A stretch of 64,000 bases of DNA from an uncultured Verrucomicrobiae bacterium (GTDB lineage Bacteria > Verrucomicrobiota > Verrucomicrobiia > Chthoniobacterales > JAFAMB01): assembly GCA_963762565.1 (NCBI GenBank), contig CAVXLD010000010.1, positions 128,001 through 192,000 of the forward strand. The letters are read 5' to 3'. A program made the position numbers and the translations under genes. Each line of letters opens with the position of its first letter. Position 1 is the first letter of the stretch. The notes below the pieces were generated by a model. That model was given only the letters and a program-made list of their open reading frames with translations. It made no database searches and was not told the DNA's origin. Below are positions 31,795 through 41,532 of the stretch, piece by piece.

Positions 31795-32409
31795 ATGTTC
31801 GACTTTCAAACCTTTATTGGCGGTATCTTCGACACGAACGCCTATCTAGTCAAAGCGCGAGCCGGAGAAATTCTGTTCGATGCCCCGACGGGAACATTGG
31901 ACTGGCTGGAACGAGAGAACATCACTCCGGGCCTGTTATTGATCACCCACGGCCATATTGATCACATCGATGACGCTGCCAAAATTAAAAGCCGGTTTAA
32001 TTGCAAGGTGGGCTGCCACCCGGATTCCGTCCCATTAATCACCGATCCGGATTTCTTTAAACAGTTTGGATTTTTTCTCGAGACCGAACCGGTCGAACCT
32101 GATTTCCTGATTTCCGAAGGCAAGTCTCAAGACTTTCTCGGCTCGATTTTCGACGTTCTACTGGTTCCAGGACATTGCCCGGGCAGCCTCTGTTTCTTTT
32201 CGCCCGAGCAAAACCTGCTGATAGGCGGCGATGTTTTATTCGCTGGAAGCATCGGACGCACAGACCTCCCCGGGGGCAATCACTCGGAATTGATCGAGAA
32301 TATATTTAACAAAGTTCTAGTCCTACCCGACGAGACCGGGGTTCTGCCTGGCCACGGCCCTGTGACGACGATCGGTGAGGAAAGACGCCACAATCCGTTC
32401 TTGCGTTAG
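31795..32409 (+). CDS. MBL-fold metallo-hydrolase (glyoxalase II-like)
   Basis: THGHIDH, PGHCPG, GDVLF.GSIGRTD and PGHG. Confidence 0.92.
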   Translation: MFDFQTFIGGIFDTNAYLVKARAGEILFDAPTGTLDWLERENITPGLLLITHGHIDHIDDAAKIKSRFNCKVGCHPDSVPLITDPDFFKQFGFFLETEPVEPDFLISEGKSQDFLGSIFDVLLVPGHCPGSLCFFSPEQNLLIGGDVLFAGSIGRTDLPGGNHSELIENIFNKVLVLPDETGVLPGHGPVTTIGEERRHNPFLR

Positions 32410-32837
32410 CCCTCGACTCTAGCCAGTGCTAAGACCAACTGGCCTTCTGCCACGGGTTCACCTTGGCAGGTGGCACGGACTGCGCATTGGGCTAGGCCGT
32501 TCATTTCGTTCAGACACTCTGCAAAAAGATCGATCGGTTCTTCTGGCCGGACCGGCCTCAAAAACTTCATCGCCCGAATGGCGGTTAGGAGAAACATTTT
32601 GCCCGGCGCGCCTATCGCTATCCCAGCCGTCTGGGCCAGCGCTTCCGCAATCAACACTCCGGGGATAATGGCGTTCCCCGGAAAGTGCCCTTCCAGGAAC
32701 GGCTCTTGGACTGAGAAACACTTCGTCGCCTTGGCGCTCCGCCCCGGTTCGACCGCCGTAACCTCGTCGATAAAGATAAACGGCGGCCGATGAGGTAAAC
32801 CCAATTCAATCGGATCCATAGGGGTGACAATGCTCAA
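32406..32837 (-). CDS. FabZ-like hotdog-fold 3-hydroxyacyl-ACP dehydratase
   Basis: LPHRPPFIFID and GHFPG...PGVLIAEALAQ. Confidence 0.88.
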   Translation of the reverse strand: MSIVTPMDPIELGLPHRPPFIFIDEVTAVEPGRSAKATKCFSVQEPFLEGHFPGNAIIPGVLIAEALAQTAGIAIGAPGKMFLLTAIRAMKFLRPVRPEEPIDLFAECLNEMNGLAQCAVRATCQGEPVAEGQLVLALARVEG

Positions 32838-32863
32838 TCAGGCAAAGAACGCACCGGGAAACT

Positions 32864-32944
32864 AGTATCAGTAAGCAGTAAGTAGTAAGCAGTCCGAAAG
32901 CCAGCGCAAAAGCCCCAGGCCCCAGACCACTGCTTACTGCTTAC
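32864..32944. repeat. Inverted heptamer bracket (AGTAAGC / GCTTACT)
   Basis: agtaagc-agtaagt-agtaagc-agt ... actgctt-actgctt-ac. Confidence 0.75.
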
Positions 32945-33011
32945 CCGGCACGCGATCGACCACGAACCGCATACAGTTGCACCCCACTAGGCGCGAGGCG
33001 ACAGTAACCCT

Positions 33012-34244
33012 GTGACTGTCCCTTCGCTTGCGGAAAGGTTTCGCCCTGATTTCCCGATCCTGGATCAAAGGGTAAATGGATACCCGTTGGTGTACCTGGA
33101 TAACGCCGCTTCAACGCAACGGCCGGCCACTGTGATCGACGAAATCAGCCGCTACTACCGGCACGATCACGCCAATGTTCATCGAGGACTGCATGCGCTC
33201 AGTAATCGGGCTACTACTCTTTACGAAAATGCCCGCCAGCGTGTGGCCAATTATCTCAACGCTGAGCACGCCGAATCGATTATCTTCACCAGGGGCACAA
33301 CCGAATCGATCAATTTGGTGGCCTCTTCCTGGGCCGAAAACGAGCTCAAGCCGGGCGATGGCATTCTACTCACCGAGATGGAACATCACGCCAACCTGAT
33401 TCCCTGGCAGATCGTCGCCAGACGGACCGGAGCTAAACTTCACTTCTTAGCCGTGATTGGAGACGAAGGAGAAATCGATTGGTCCCAACTCGACACGATC
33501 CTCGCGAATAATCCGATCCGAATCGTTGCACTCACGCACATCTCGAATTCACTCGGCCGGATCAACCCGGTAGCAGAAGTATGTCGTGCGGCGCACAAGC
33601 ACGACGCGGTGACGCTAGTCGATGCAGCTCAAAGCGCCGGACACATGCCTCTCGATGTCAAAGCCTTGGATTGCGACTTTCTCGCTTTTTCAGGTCACAA
33701 ATGCTGCGGTCCAACCGGGATCGGAGTTTTGTATGGGCGAAAGAGCCTGCTGGAAAAAATGGAACCCTACCAGACAGGCGGCGAAATGATCGTGAGTGTA
33801 ACTTTTGAACGAGCGGAATGGAAGCCCACCCCTCATCGATTCGAGGCCGGCACTCCGCACATCGCCGGCGCCATCGGGTTAGCCACGGCGCTCGACTATC
33901 TTGACCGGGTCGGACGGACCTCGATTCAAGATAACGATCATTATTTTGGTAACACGGCTGCGAAACGGCTACGTGAAATACCTGATCTGCGTGTGTTTGG
34001 CCCTCGTAATGAGCGAGCGGGCATCGTCAGCTTTCAATTGGGCAACATCCATGCGCACGATCTGGTAGCATTTGCTGATCAGCAAGGGGTCGCGCTACGC
34101 GGTGGACACCATTGTAACCAACCACTTGTCCGTAAGCTCGGACTAAATGCCACCGCCAGAGCCAGCTTCTACCTCTATAATACCGAACCGGAACTTGATC
34201 GCTTAGTCGTGGTCCTCCGCGCGGCCGCAAGATACTTCGGCTAG
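33012..34244 (+). CDS. sufS: Cysteine desulfurase, SufS type
   Basis: YLDNAAS, ANVHRG, FSGHK, FEAGTP and RGGHHC. Confidence 0.95.
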   Translation: MTVPSLAERFRPDFPILDQRVNGYPLVYLDNAASTQRPATVIDEISRYYRHDHANVHRGLHALSNRATTLYENARQRVANYLNAEHAESIIFTRGTTESINLVASSWAENELKPGDGILLTEMEHHANLIPWQIVARRTGAKLHFLAVIGDEGEIDWSQLDTILANNPIRIVALTHISNSLGRINPVAEVCRAAHKHDAVTLVDAAQSAGHMPLDVKALDCDFLAFSGHKCCGPTGIGVLYGRKSLLEKMEPYQTGGEMIVSVTFERAEWKPTPHRFEAGTPHIAGAIGLATALDYLDRVGRTSIQDNDHYFGNTAAKRLREIPDLRVFGPRNERAGIVSFQLGNIHAHDLVAFADQQGVALRGGHHCNQPLVRKLGLNATARASFYLYNTEPELDRLVVVLRAAARYFG

Positions 34245-34481
34245 CCTGCCAGCCTCTCAAATCTGTTACGGATTTGAGAGGCTGGCAGGCTGTGGCCTTT
34301 AGACGGACTATTAGCGTCCGCCTAAAGGCAAAGCATCTTTAAGCGGAGATCGGTTGAAAATCGTGCTAGTGACCCTCGGTAAAACAACCAGTGCAGCAAA
34401 ATTCTCCGGCGTAGCGGAGAATTTTGCTATAGCCTGCGTTCTTCATCAATGCGTAATACATTGAAGAAGAACGCAGGCTAT
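34243..34481. repeat. Cluster of four hairpins between sufS and sufU
   Basis: 34243-34291 (21-bp arms), 34295-34329 (14 bp), 34395-34428 (14 bp) and 34429-34481 (23 bp, reaching into the sufU ATG). Confidence 0.9.
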
Positions 34482-34905
34482 GGACTTCGACGAGCTGTAT
34501 CAAGAGATCATCCTGGATCACTCGAAGCGGCCCCGCAACAGCGGCGTGCTGCCTCCACCCGCGACCCGGGGTTCAGGCTACAATCCGGCATGCGGCGACG
34601 AAGTGACCGTATTCGTTTTGCAGTCACCGGAAGGGAAAATCGAAACCATTTCGTTCCAGGCGCAGGCATGTGCGATCTGCACCGCTTCGACCTCGCTGAT
34701 GACGCTTCAAGTGAAAGGGGCGACTCAAGAACAGGCTTTAGCGTTGCTAAGACATTTCATTGATTTCCTGACCAAGGACGGCCCCAGCGAGGGTTTGGGC
34801 CACTTACGCGCTCTCGCCGGGGTGAAGAAGTTTCCGCAGCGCTTGAAGTGCGCGACGCTCGGTTGGCACGCACTGGAAGCAGCACTAAAGGGCGGGACGG
34901 GGTAG
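34480..34905 (+). CDS. sufU: SUF system NifU-family protein
   Basis: LYQEIILDH..PRN, NPACGD, CAI..AS and R.KCATL.W. Confidence 0.93.
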   Translation: MDFDELYQEIILDHSKRPRNSGVLPPPATRGSGYNPACGDEVTVFVLQSPEGKIETISFQAQACAICTASTSLMTLQVKGATQEQALALLRHFIDFLTKDGPSEGLGHLRALAGVKKFPQRLKCATLGWHALEAALKGGTG

Positions 34906-35019
34906 GCGTATCGGGTGTGGGCGTAACAGCGTATCGGCGTTTGATCCGCGAGATGAACCGATGCGCGCCCGGATCGAATCGGGCGATTTAAATGTGAATT
35001 GTTGGTTTTTGAAACCAGC

Positions 35020-35048
35020 TTGACTTCTAATACGGTCGTACGTATTGG
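35020..35048 (+). promoter_or_regulatory. Putative promoter and TetR autoregulatory operator
   Basis: TTGACT (35020-35025) followed by the palindrome AATACG-N6-CGTATT (35029-35046), just before the tetR GTG. Confidence 0.55.
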
Positions 35049-35053
35049 ATAGC

Positions 35054-35647
35054 GTGCCCAGACATTCTCTCCGTAACCGTATCCTCGAAGCCGGCCTCAA
35101 GGTCATGTTTCGTAAGGGTTACGTCGGAGCCAGCGTGCGCGATATTGTTGCCGAGGCGCCCGCGCCGCAGGGCTCGTTTACCAACCATTTCCGCTCAAAA
35201 GAGGAATTCGTGCGCGAAGTGCTCGACCTCTATTTCGAAAACCTGAAGCAAGTTGTCACGGAGACACTCGGAGACACCAGCCGCACGCCCCGGCAACGGC
35301 TCAAGCGTTATCTCGACTTCATCACGGAGCGTCTGGCCAACGCAGAGTTCAGCCGGGGATGCCTGATTGGTGATTTGAGTCTTGAAGCCGCACCGCAGAG
35401 CCAGATCCTCCGCGAACGCTTGGCCGATATCTTTATCGAATGGCGTACCCCCTTCGCCGCATGCATTGCAGAAGGGCAAGCAGCAGGCGAGATCGCCACA
35501 ACCTTTACCGCTGAAGAGCTTGCTGAGTTCCTCCTGTCCTCATGGGAAGGCGCCATCCTGCGCTTAAAGGTCGTGCGCAACGCCGAACCGCTGGAGCGCT
35601 TTAAACGCATCGCTTTTGCCACCGTATTCAAGGAACCGCCGCTATGA
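35054..35647 (+). CDS. TetR family regulator (NemR-like)
   Basis: HTH ...GSFTNHFRSKEEF, RGCLIG and WEGAILR. Overlaps the downstream start (ATGA). Confidence 0.9.
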   Translation: MPRHSLRNRILEAGLKVMFRKGYVGASVRDIVAEAPAPQGSFTNHFRSKEEFVREVLDLYFENLKQVVTETLGDTSRTPRQRLKRYLDFITERLANAEFSRGCLIGDLSLEAAPQSQILRERLADIFIEWRTPFAACIAEGQAAGEIATTFTAEELAEFLLSSWEGAILRLKVVRNAEPLERFKRIAFATVFKEPPL

Positions 35648-36549
35648 ATCCAGACATCACCCTTCCAAAAACCTCCGTCCTCGATTCCGAAATGGCCTAC
35701 CGGGAGGCGGGCCGGACAGACGCTCCGGTCGCACTCTTCCTGCATGGCAATCCGACATCATCATACCTCTGGCGCAACGTCATTCCGCGTGTCGCAGAGG
35801 TCGCCCATTGCATAGCCCCAGATCTGATCGGTTTCGGCCAATCGGGTAAACCTGATATCGCGTATCGTTTCGAGGATCATGCGCGCTATCTCGACGCTTT
35901 CATCGATAAGGCTGGCATTCGCTCGGCCTACCTTATACTGCACGACTGGGGATCAGGGCTCGGCTTCCACCTGGCAGCACGCCGGCCTGAGTTTGTACTT
36001 GGTTTAGCGTTCATGGAGTTTATTCGGCCGATCCCGACCTGGGAAGAGTTCTTGAGAGATTCGAACGCGCGGGAGATCTTCCGCAAGTTTCGCACCCCAG
36101 GGGAAGGAGAGAAATTGATCCTGGAAAACAACGCCTTTGTCGAGCGAGTGCTGCCGGGCTCGATTGTGCGCAAGCTCAGCGAGGAGGAGATGGCCGTCTA
36201 TCGATCCCCCTTCCCGACGCCAGAATCACGGCGGCCAACCTGGCGCTTTCCGAATGAACTACCGATTGCCGGACAGCCGGCCGACGTCGTTGCGACGATC
36301 GAAAAAGCGCTCGCAAGTCTCGCAGCGTCCACCTATCCGAAGCTTCTCTTCGCGGCGGATCCCGGCGCCCTAGTCCCACCGGCCATAGCAGAAGATTTCG
36401 CCCGCAAGCTTCATGATTGCGAATTAGTGAGGCTCGGCGCAGGCATACACTATTTGCAGGAAGATCACCCGGACACGATCGGTAGATCGGTTTCTGAATT
36501 CATTGCTAAAGTTGAGGAACGCAGGGCCAAGAGCATGGCCACATCCTAG
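35644..36549 (+). CDS. Haloalkane dehalogenase (HLD-II like)
   Basis: FLHGNPTSSYLWRN, HDWG nucleophile, FME acid and HYLQED base. Confidence 0.92.
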   Translation: MNPDITLPKTSVLDSEMAYREAGRTDAPVALFLHGNPTSSYLWRNVIPRVAEVAHCIAPDLIGFGQSGKPDIAYRFEDHARYLDAFIDKAGIRSAYLILHDWGSGLGFHLAARRPEFVLGLAFMEFIRPIPTWEEFLRDSNAREIFRKFRTPGEGEKLILENNAFVERVLPGSIVRKLSEEEMAVYRSPFPTPESRRPTWRFPNELPIAGQPADVVATIEKALASLAASTYPKLLFAADPGALVPPAIAEDFARKLHDCELVRLGAGIHYLQEDHPDTIGRSVSEFIAKVEERRAKSMATS

Positions 36550-36822
36550 TGTCCTGTCCCATAAGTAACGTGGCGTTCGCCGTCGGTCAGTTGGCTGTTT
36601 TTCAAGGCGCGAGCGAAGCGCCCATATCTGGTTCATACGGGTCGAGCGAGCAACGCGGAAAAACAGCCAACTGGCCACGGCCCGGAGGGTTGCGATGAAA
36701 ATGGGCCGGCGGCTGCGTTGCTCGTCGGTTACGTATCAATCTAGATATGCGCCCTCCTCGCGCCTTGCCGGCGGCCCATTTTGATCGCAACGAAAGCCAC
36801 GTTATTTATGGGACAGGACACT
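36548..36822. mobile_element. Non-autonomous MITE-like element, 275 bp
   Basis: 27-bp TIR AGTGTCCTGTCCCATAA(G/A)TAACGTGGC (1 mismatch) with two internal, mutually inverted hairpin modules. It starts within the TAG stop of the dehalogenase. Confidence 0.8.
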
Positions 36823-36938
36823 CGTACGAGCTAAGGCGACAAGTCTTTTGGTCCTCTCGTCGTCCAACTACACTCCCTCACTCCGCGCCGCTAGATTCGA
36901 GGACGAGGACGATTACGATTGGACACGCCCCCACGCCA

Positions 36939-38621
36939 TTACGCTGTATTCCCCAGCTCCTGCGTGCCAAGGTCCAGGGGGCTGGCAGGCATGGTACCGG
37001 GTTTGCTTATCAGCGACACATGACTGAGAAGCTCTCGGTTTACACAGAGAAAAACGCGTTCGGTGGGCGGATCTTGTCCAACGTGCAATGTTACCGCTTT
37101 CTCTAAGACTTCTCTCTCGGATTGAGTGTATCGCTCCTTTTGCAACAGGTGCTCTGTCCAGGACGGCATCATCATTTCGATGCGGTAAACATTGGCTCGC
37201 CCGAGGTCCTCATGAAGGCGCCAGCTAAAGGCTCCGTTGCGAAGATGAATCAGGCGAACCTGGCGGAGCAACGTAATGAACTCAGACCCTCGATGGCGAT
37301 CGACCTCGAACTCGTAAGTGATCGAGATAGGTCCATCGTGCGGTCGCGGAATATGTAATAACTTATGCGAGAAACCGGTAACCGGGGCTGGATTGAAATT
37401 GAGCTCGCTGACGAAATTGAGAGAAAGCGGGATCGAAAGGAGAAGGCTCAACAAGAGTAACCCAGAGGCGATCTCCAGCGTAAAAGTGACGCCTAGGGTA
37501 CTGGCTAGAATACCCCAGATGATACCGCCCAAGGCCATGGCGCCTTGAGAGAACATGATAATAGTAGCGTTCATTCGACCACGAGCCCAATCGGGCATAG
37601 CCCGCTGGCTGACGACCCAAAGTTCGGATGCCGCTAGCGTCCAACCAATCCCGGCTACGGCCGCGATAGCCATGAACAACACATGGTCTACGACCAAACC
37701 CATCCCGATGTACACCAGCACTAACAGAACGCTCGAAGAGAGAATGATTGAATTGGAAGAAAGGTGATCCCGGGCTTTCGGCACCACAAACACCGCTCCG
37801 AAGACGGATCCGGCGCCCATGCAGGTGAACAAAAGTCCCAAACTCGATGGCTCGAACTTCAGCTTCTGCAGACCAACAACGGGAAGCAGAGCAGGGATTA
37901 CACAGATAAAGAGTGAGAACAAAACGTTACGCGCCAGGACGACTCGGAGTCCGGGGGCAAAACGGACATAACGAATTGCGGTCGAGAACGATTCTAAGAA
38001 ATTCTCTAGGGGCAGCTGGGAGTTTCGTACCGGACGTTTCCACTGCGCGATCGCAAAAATTACGAGGAAGAAACAGAGGGCGTTGGTGGCGAAGATCCAG
38101 CTGGGAGAAACAAATCGTAAGGCTAATCCACCGATAGCTGGTCCGATAATACCGGAAATATTGAAGGATAGCCCGCTTAAGGTGGAAGCCGAGGGCAACT
38201 CTTCATTTGTAACAATTTCAGGCACTATTGCCGTCCAGGCGGGCGCATTGAAGGCAAAACCGACCCCGGTTAGAAAAATACAAATCAACACCAGCGCCGG
38301 AGTGAGCCAATGAAACGCAAAAAGCAGCGCCAGCAGAGCGGCAGTGAGCGCCAGCCATAAATTCATAAAACGCAAGAGCTTCCGCCGATCGACCATGTCC
38401 GCCAAAGCACCGGCAGGGAGCGTGAACAAAAAGAAAGGGAGAGAGGCGACCGTCGACATCAAGGAAAGCAAGAAGGCTGACGGGCTAAGCATATTCATCA
38501 CCCAGGTAGCAGTGGTGTCATGTGCACTAATGCAAATGCTCGACAAAAGGCTAGCCAACCAGATTCGACAGTAGGTCGAATTACGGAGCGCGGTAAAAGT
38601 GGAAGAGTGATGATTAGACAT
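36939..38621 (-). CDS. MFS transporter (MFS_3/DUF894 type) with soluble C-terminal domain, paralogue 2
   Basis: PAGALAD..DRR, PAW, P.WARGR; C-terminal R.GAFSW.L.ED...W.EHL.Q. Confidence 0.9.
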   Translation of the reverse strand: MSNHHSSTFTALRNSTYCRIWLASLLSSICISAHDTTATWVMNMLSPSAFLLSLMSTVASLPFFLFTLPAGALADMVDRRKLLRFMNLWLALTAALLALLFAFHWLTPALVLICIFLTGVGFAFNAPAWTAIVPEIVTNEELPSASTLSGLSFNISGIIGPAIGGLALRFVSPSWIFATNALCFFLVIFAIAQWKRPVRNSQLPLENFLESFSTAIRYVRFAPGLRVVLARNVLFSLFICVIPALLPVVGLQKLKFEPSSLGLLFTCMGAGSVFGAVFVVPKARDHLSSNSIILSSSVLLVLVYIGMGLVVDHVLFMAIAAVAGIGWTLAASELWVVSQRAMPDWARGRMNATIIMFSQGAMALGGIIWGILASTLGVTFTLEIASGLLLLSLLLSIPLSLNFVSELNFNPAPVTGFSHKLLHIPRPHDGPISITYEFEVDRHRGSEFITLLRQVRLIHLRNGAFSWRLHEDLGRANVYRIEMMMPSWTEHLLQKERYTQSEREVLEKAVTLHVGQDPPTERVFLCVNRELLSHVSLISKPGTMPASPLDLGTQELGNTA

Positions 38622-38811
38622 GCGTCTAAAAAGGGGGGAGTAAGAAAACGGGGTAAAATTCCCTCAGGCTGAAGACTTTGACAACTGCATTAAGGCAGTA
38701 ATTGGGAGGAGTTTAATAAGGCAGCCAGTTTCGAAAAGTGAAACTAATTCAAAAGGTCATTGATCTTAGTTCACCCTGCCTCCAGACAAAGCGATCAGCG
38801 ACTATCAAACG

Positions 38812-40476
38812 CTACACGCTGTAGCCTGCTTGGCTGACCTCGTCTTCCGGCGTTTCCAAGTTCGTGGAGTTTAGCCGGCGAGTCATCAGTTCCCGGTGCA
38901 CGGATAGATAATGCTTTACCAAAGGCCCGTCTGAAGCCGAGGTGTGCAGACTCCACGTCCTCCGCCAAACCGCCAGCTCGTTTTTGGTCATTCGCTTGTG
39001 CTGTTCGAGATGCTCTGACCACGACGAAACCATCATTTCCATTCGGAACCGGTTCGGCTTTTCCAAGTCCTCGTCCAACCTCCAACTAAACGCTCCATTT
39101 CTCAGGTAGATGAGGCGCATCTCCCGCATTAGATCGAGAAAACGACGCCGGTTTTCCTGTTCAATTTCAAACACCATCACCACTACCACGGGTCCATCTG
39201 AAGGATCAGGTAGGTGCAAGAATCGATGGTACTGGGTCGTTAACGGAGCCGGATCCAGGTCCAGTTGCTTGGTAAAATCGATCGAAAGCGGGAAGGCCAA
39301 AGACAAGCTGAAGATTAGAAATAGCGCAGCGGCGATTAGCGCGAACTCGACGTTGACGCCGGCGGCCAGCGCACCCCAGGTGAGCCCACCCAACGCCAGA
39401 CCACCCTGAGAAACCATCATGTGCGTGGCGTTCATTCGCCCACGAGCCCAGCTGGGCATGGCTCGCTGGCCGGCCACCCACAACTCCGAAGCAGTCAGCG
39501 TCCAACCAAGTCCAGCCAATGCCGCGACTACCATGAACAAATTCGTGTCCCGAACAAAGGCCATCAATAGAAAAACAAAAGCCAGCAACAGATTTGCCAG
39601 AATGGTCAAGGTATTAGCGGAGAATTTGGCTCGGGCTCGTGGAATCACCACCACCGCTCCGATCACCGAACCGACTCCCATAGATGTGAACAACAGACCC
39701 AACTTAGATGGGTCCAGACCCAGTTGCTTGAGACCGACCACGGGCAACAGCGCCGGGATGACCGCAATAAAAACCGCGAAAATCACATCACGCACCAACA
39801 CAACCTGAATCCCCGGGGCGTATCGGATATAGCGGACCGCGCTGGCTAACGAATCGAAGAAATTTTCCAGCGGCATTTTTGGGGTTGCATAAACGCGGCC
39901 CCACCCAGAGAGAGTCAGGAGGAGAAGGAAAAAACAGATCGCATTTGCCGCAAAAACAAACTGAGCGCCGAACCTCGCTAGTACCAGACCGCCGATGGCC
40001 GGGCCGATAATACCCGAGATGTTAAGTTGAAGCCCACCCAGAGTGATGGCAGAGGCTAATTGTTCCTTCGATACTACTTCGGGAACAAGGGCCGACCAAG
40101 CCGGCGCGTAGAAACTGAAGCCAATCCCGATTAGAAAGACGGATAAGAGAATCAGGTATGGGTGAAGCCAGTTTAGTCCTGTCAACAGCGCTAAGCCTCC
40201 TGCAACAGCGCCGAGCCAGACATTCATCACGCAGAGGATCTTGCGCCGGTCAGTCATATCGGCCAAAGCGCCGGCGGGTAGCGTAAAAAGGAAAAACGGG
40301 AGCGATGCGACGGTCGAGATGAGCGAAATAAGAAAACTCGAATGACTCAGTCTGCTCATCAGCCAAGTACTGGCCGTGTCATGCGCGGAAACGCAGGTAC
40401 CCGATATCAAGCTCATCACCCAAAGCCTTTTGAACAGAGGGTTTTGCAATGAAAGAAACGTGGAAGTCTTCGTCAT
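38812..40476 (-). CDS. MFS transporter (MFS_3/DUF894 type), paralogue 1
   Basis: Same motifs; colinear and highly similar to 36939-38621. Confidence 0.9.
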   Translation of the reverse strand: MTKTSTFLSLQNPLFKRLWVMSLISGTCVSAHDTASTWLMSRLSHSSFLISLISTVASLPFFLFTLPAGALADMTDRRKILCVMNVWLGAVAGGLALLTGLNWLHPYLILLSVFLIGIGFSFYAPAWSALVPEVVSKEQLASAITLGGLQLNISGIIGPAIGGLVLARFGAQFVFAANAICFFLLLLTLSGWGRVYATPKMPLENFFDSLASAVRYIRYAPGIQVVLVRDVIFAVFIAVIPALLPVVGLKQLGLDPSKLGLLFTSMGVGSVIGAVVVIPRARAKFSANTLTILANLLLAFVFLLMAFVRDTNLFMVVAALAGLGWTLTASELWVAGQRAMPSWARGRMNATHMMVSQGGLALGGLTWGALAAGVNVEFALIAAALFLIFSLSLAFPLSIDFTKQLDLDPAPLTTQYHRFLHLPDPSDGPVVVVMVFEIEQENRRRFLDLMREMRLIYLRNGAFSWRLDEDLEKPNRFRMEMMVSSWSEHLEQHKRMTKNELAVWRRTWSLHTSASDGPLVKHYLSVHRELMTRRLNSTNLETPEDEVSQAGYSV

Positions 40477-40730
40477 CTCGTGCTCGGCGGCCGTTTTTGG
40501 TCCAATATGTCTCTCCTAATCTCTAGAGCGAGCCGGCCGCCCTCGCTAGGCTACGCGCGCCATCGCGGAGTCAGAAACTCACCCCTGCCGAGCCTAAGCC
40601 AGTTCTTAACCTGGACAAATTGCTATTTGAGTCCTGGAACCGGATGCCGGCTCTTCGATTCCAACAGCAGACCCCTCGGAACAAGAGCGCTTGTAACCAA
40701 AAAGAACCTTGACTTATATGGAGCTAACTT

Positions 40731-41456
40731 ATGCCCTTGCTGAATTCCGAGCAGTCGGCCGACTCTCCGGATGTCCCCCCCATGGTAATTAAACGTTCAC
40801 CAAAGATTATCCTGGAAGGCACCCGCCTGACGGGAAAGACCGATCTAGCGTTTGCTCTCAATGAGCACCCGCGCATTATCGGAGTTAGGAAATATCGCTA
40901 CCACTCGCCGATCATCTCAGCCGAGTGGAACGGTTTTACTCGAAGTCCGTACGGCGCCAGCTTGATTAATTTCACGCCCGCGTACGAAGAGTTGGCGATG
41001 GAAGCTTATCGCACCTGGGCCAAACTCTTTGAGCTTTACCGGTACTACTCTTGGATCGTCGACCGGTTCCACATCTCGACTCAAGTGTGGCAATCGATCT
41101 ACGCAAAGCGGCACTATGATTTCACCTGGTTAGAAAAAAGACTGGTGCCTCTTGGATTCCGTTTAGTCCTTTGCTGGCGACGTCCTGACTCGTTTGAAAA
41201 GGCCAGACAACGCCGGCTGGCCATCTCGAGCAACCCGTCACAATACGAAGATCTACAGATTTTTCTTCGGGAACAAGAGGTCATGCAAGAACTGTTCGAT
41301 CGATCGCTTCTTCCGAAAATGGTCGTGGATGTAACCGATAAAAGTCCAGACGAAATGGTTACGGATGTGGCCGACTGGTTAGAGGCTACCGGCGCGCTAA
41401 CCGTGCCCGACATGGAGCCAATGGTGGCGGAAGAGGATAACATCCTTGATCACTGA
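40731..41456 (+). CDS. P-loop nucleoside monophosphate kinase-like protein
   Basis: IILEGTRLTGKT and WIVDRF (thymidylate-kinase-like DR motif). Substrate unknown. Confidence 0.6.
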   Translation: MPLLNSEQSADSPDVPPMVIKRSPKIILEGTRLTGKTDLAFALNEHPRIIGVRKYRYHSPIISAEWNGFTRSPYGASLINFTPAYEELAMEAYRTWAKLFELYRYYSWIVDRFHISTQVWQSIYAKRHYDFTWLEKRLVPLGFRLVLCWRRPDSFEKARQRRLAISSNPSQYEDLQIFLREQEVMQELFDRSLLPKMVVDVTDKSPDEMVTDVADWLEATGALTVPDMEPMVAEEDNILDH

Positions 41457-41532
41457 TTACTTTCTCGTTCGTGTGCCCGCCGCAATTCTTGCCAAGAGCC
41501 TTTATTAGCCTCATCTTGGAGGCACCCTTTCT

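Noticed and set aside
34243..34481. Hairpin clusters as integron attC sites
   Set aside because: They lack RYYYAAC/GTTRRRY ends, extrahelical bases and cassette ORFs, and there is no integrase.
38622..38811. Structured ncRNA between the MFS paralogues
   Set aside because: It has only short 5-6 bp IRs and a TAAGGCAG direct repeat, with no recognisable motif. It is more likely promoter DNA.
40477..40530. Glycine-riboswitch-like GGAGAGAC...GCCGA on the minus strand
   Set aside because: It lacks the following AAGG and CTCAGG elements and runs into the start codon.
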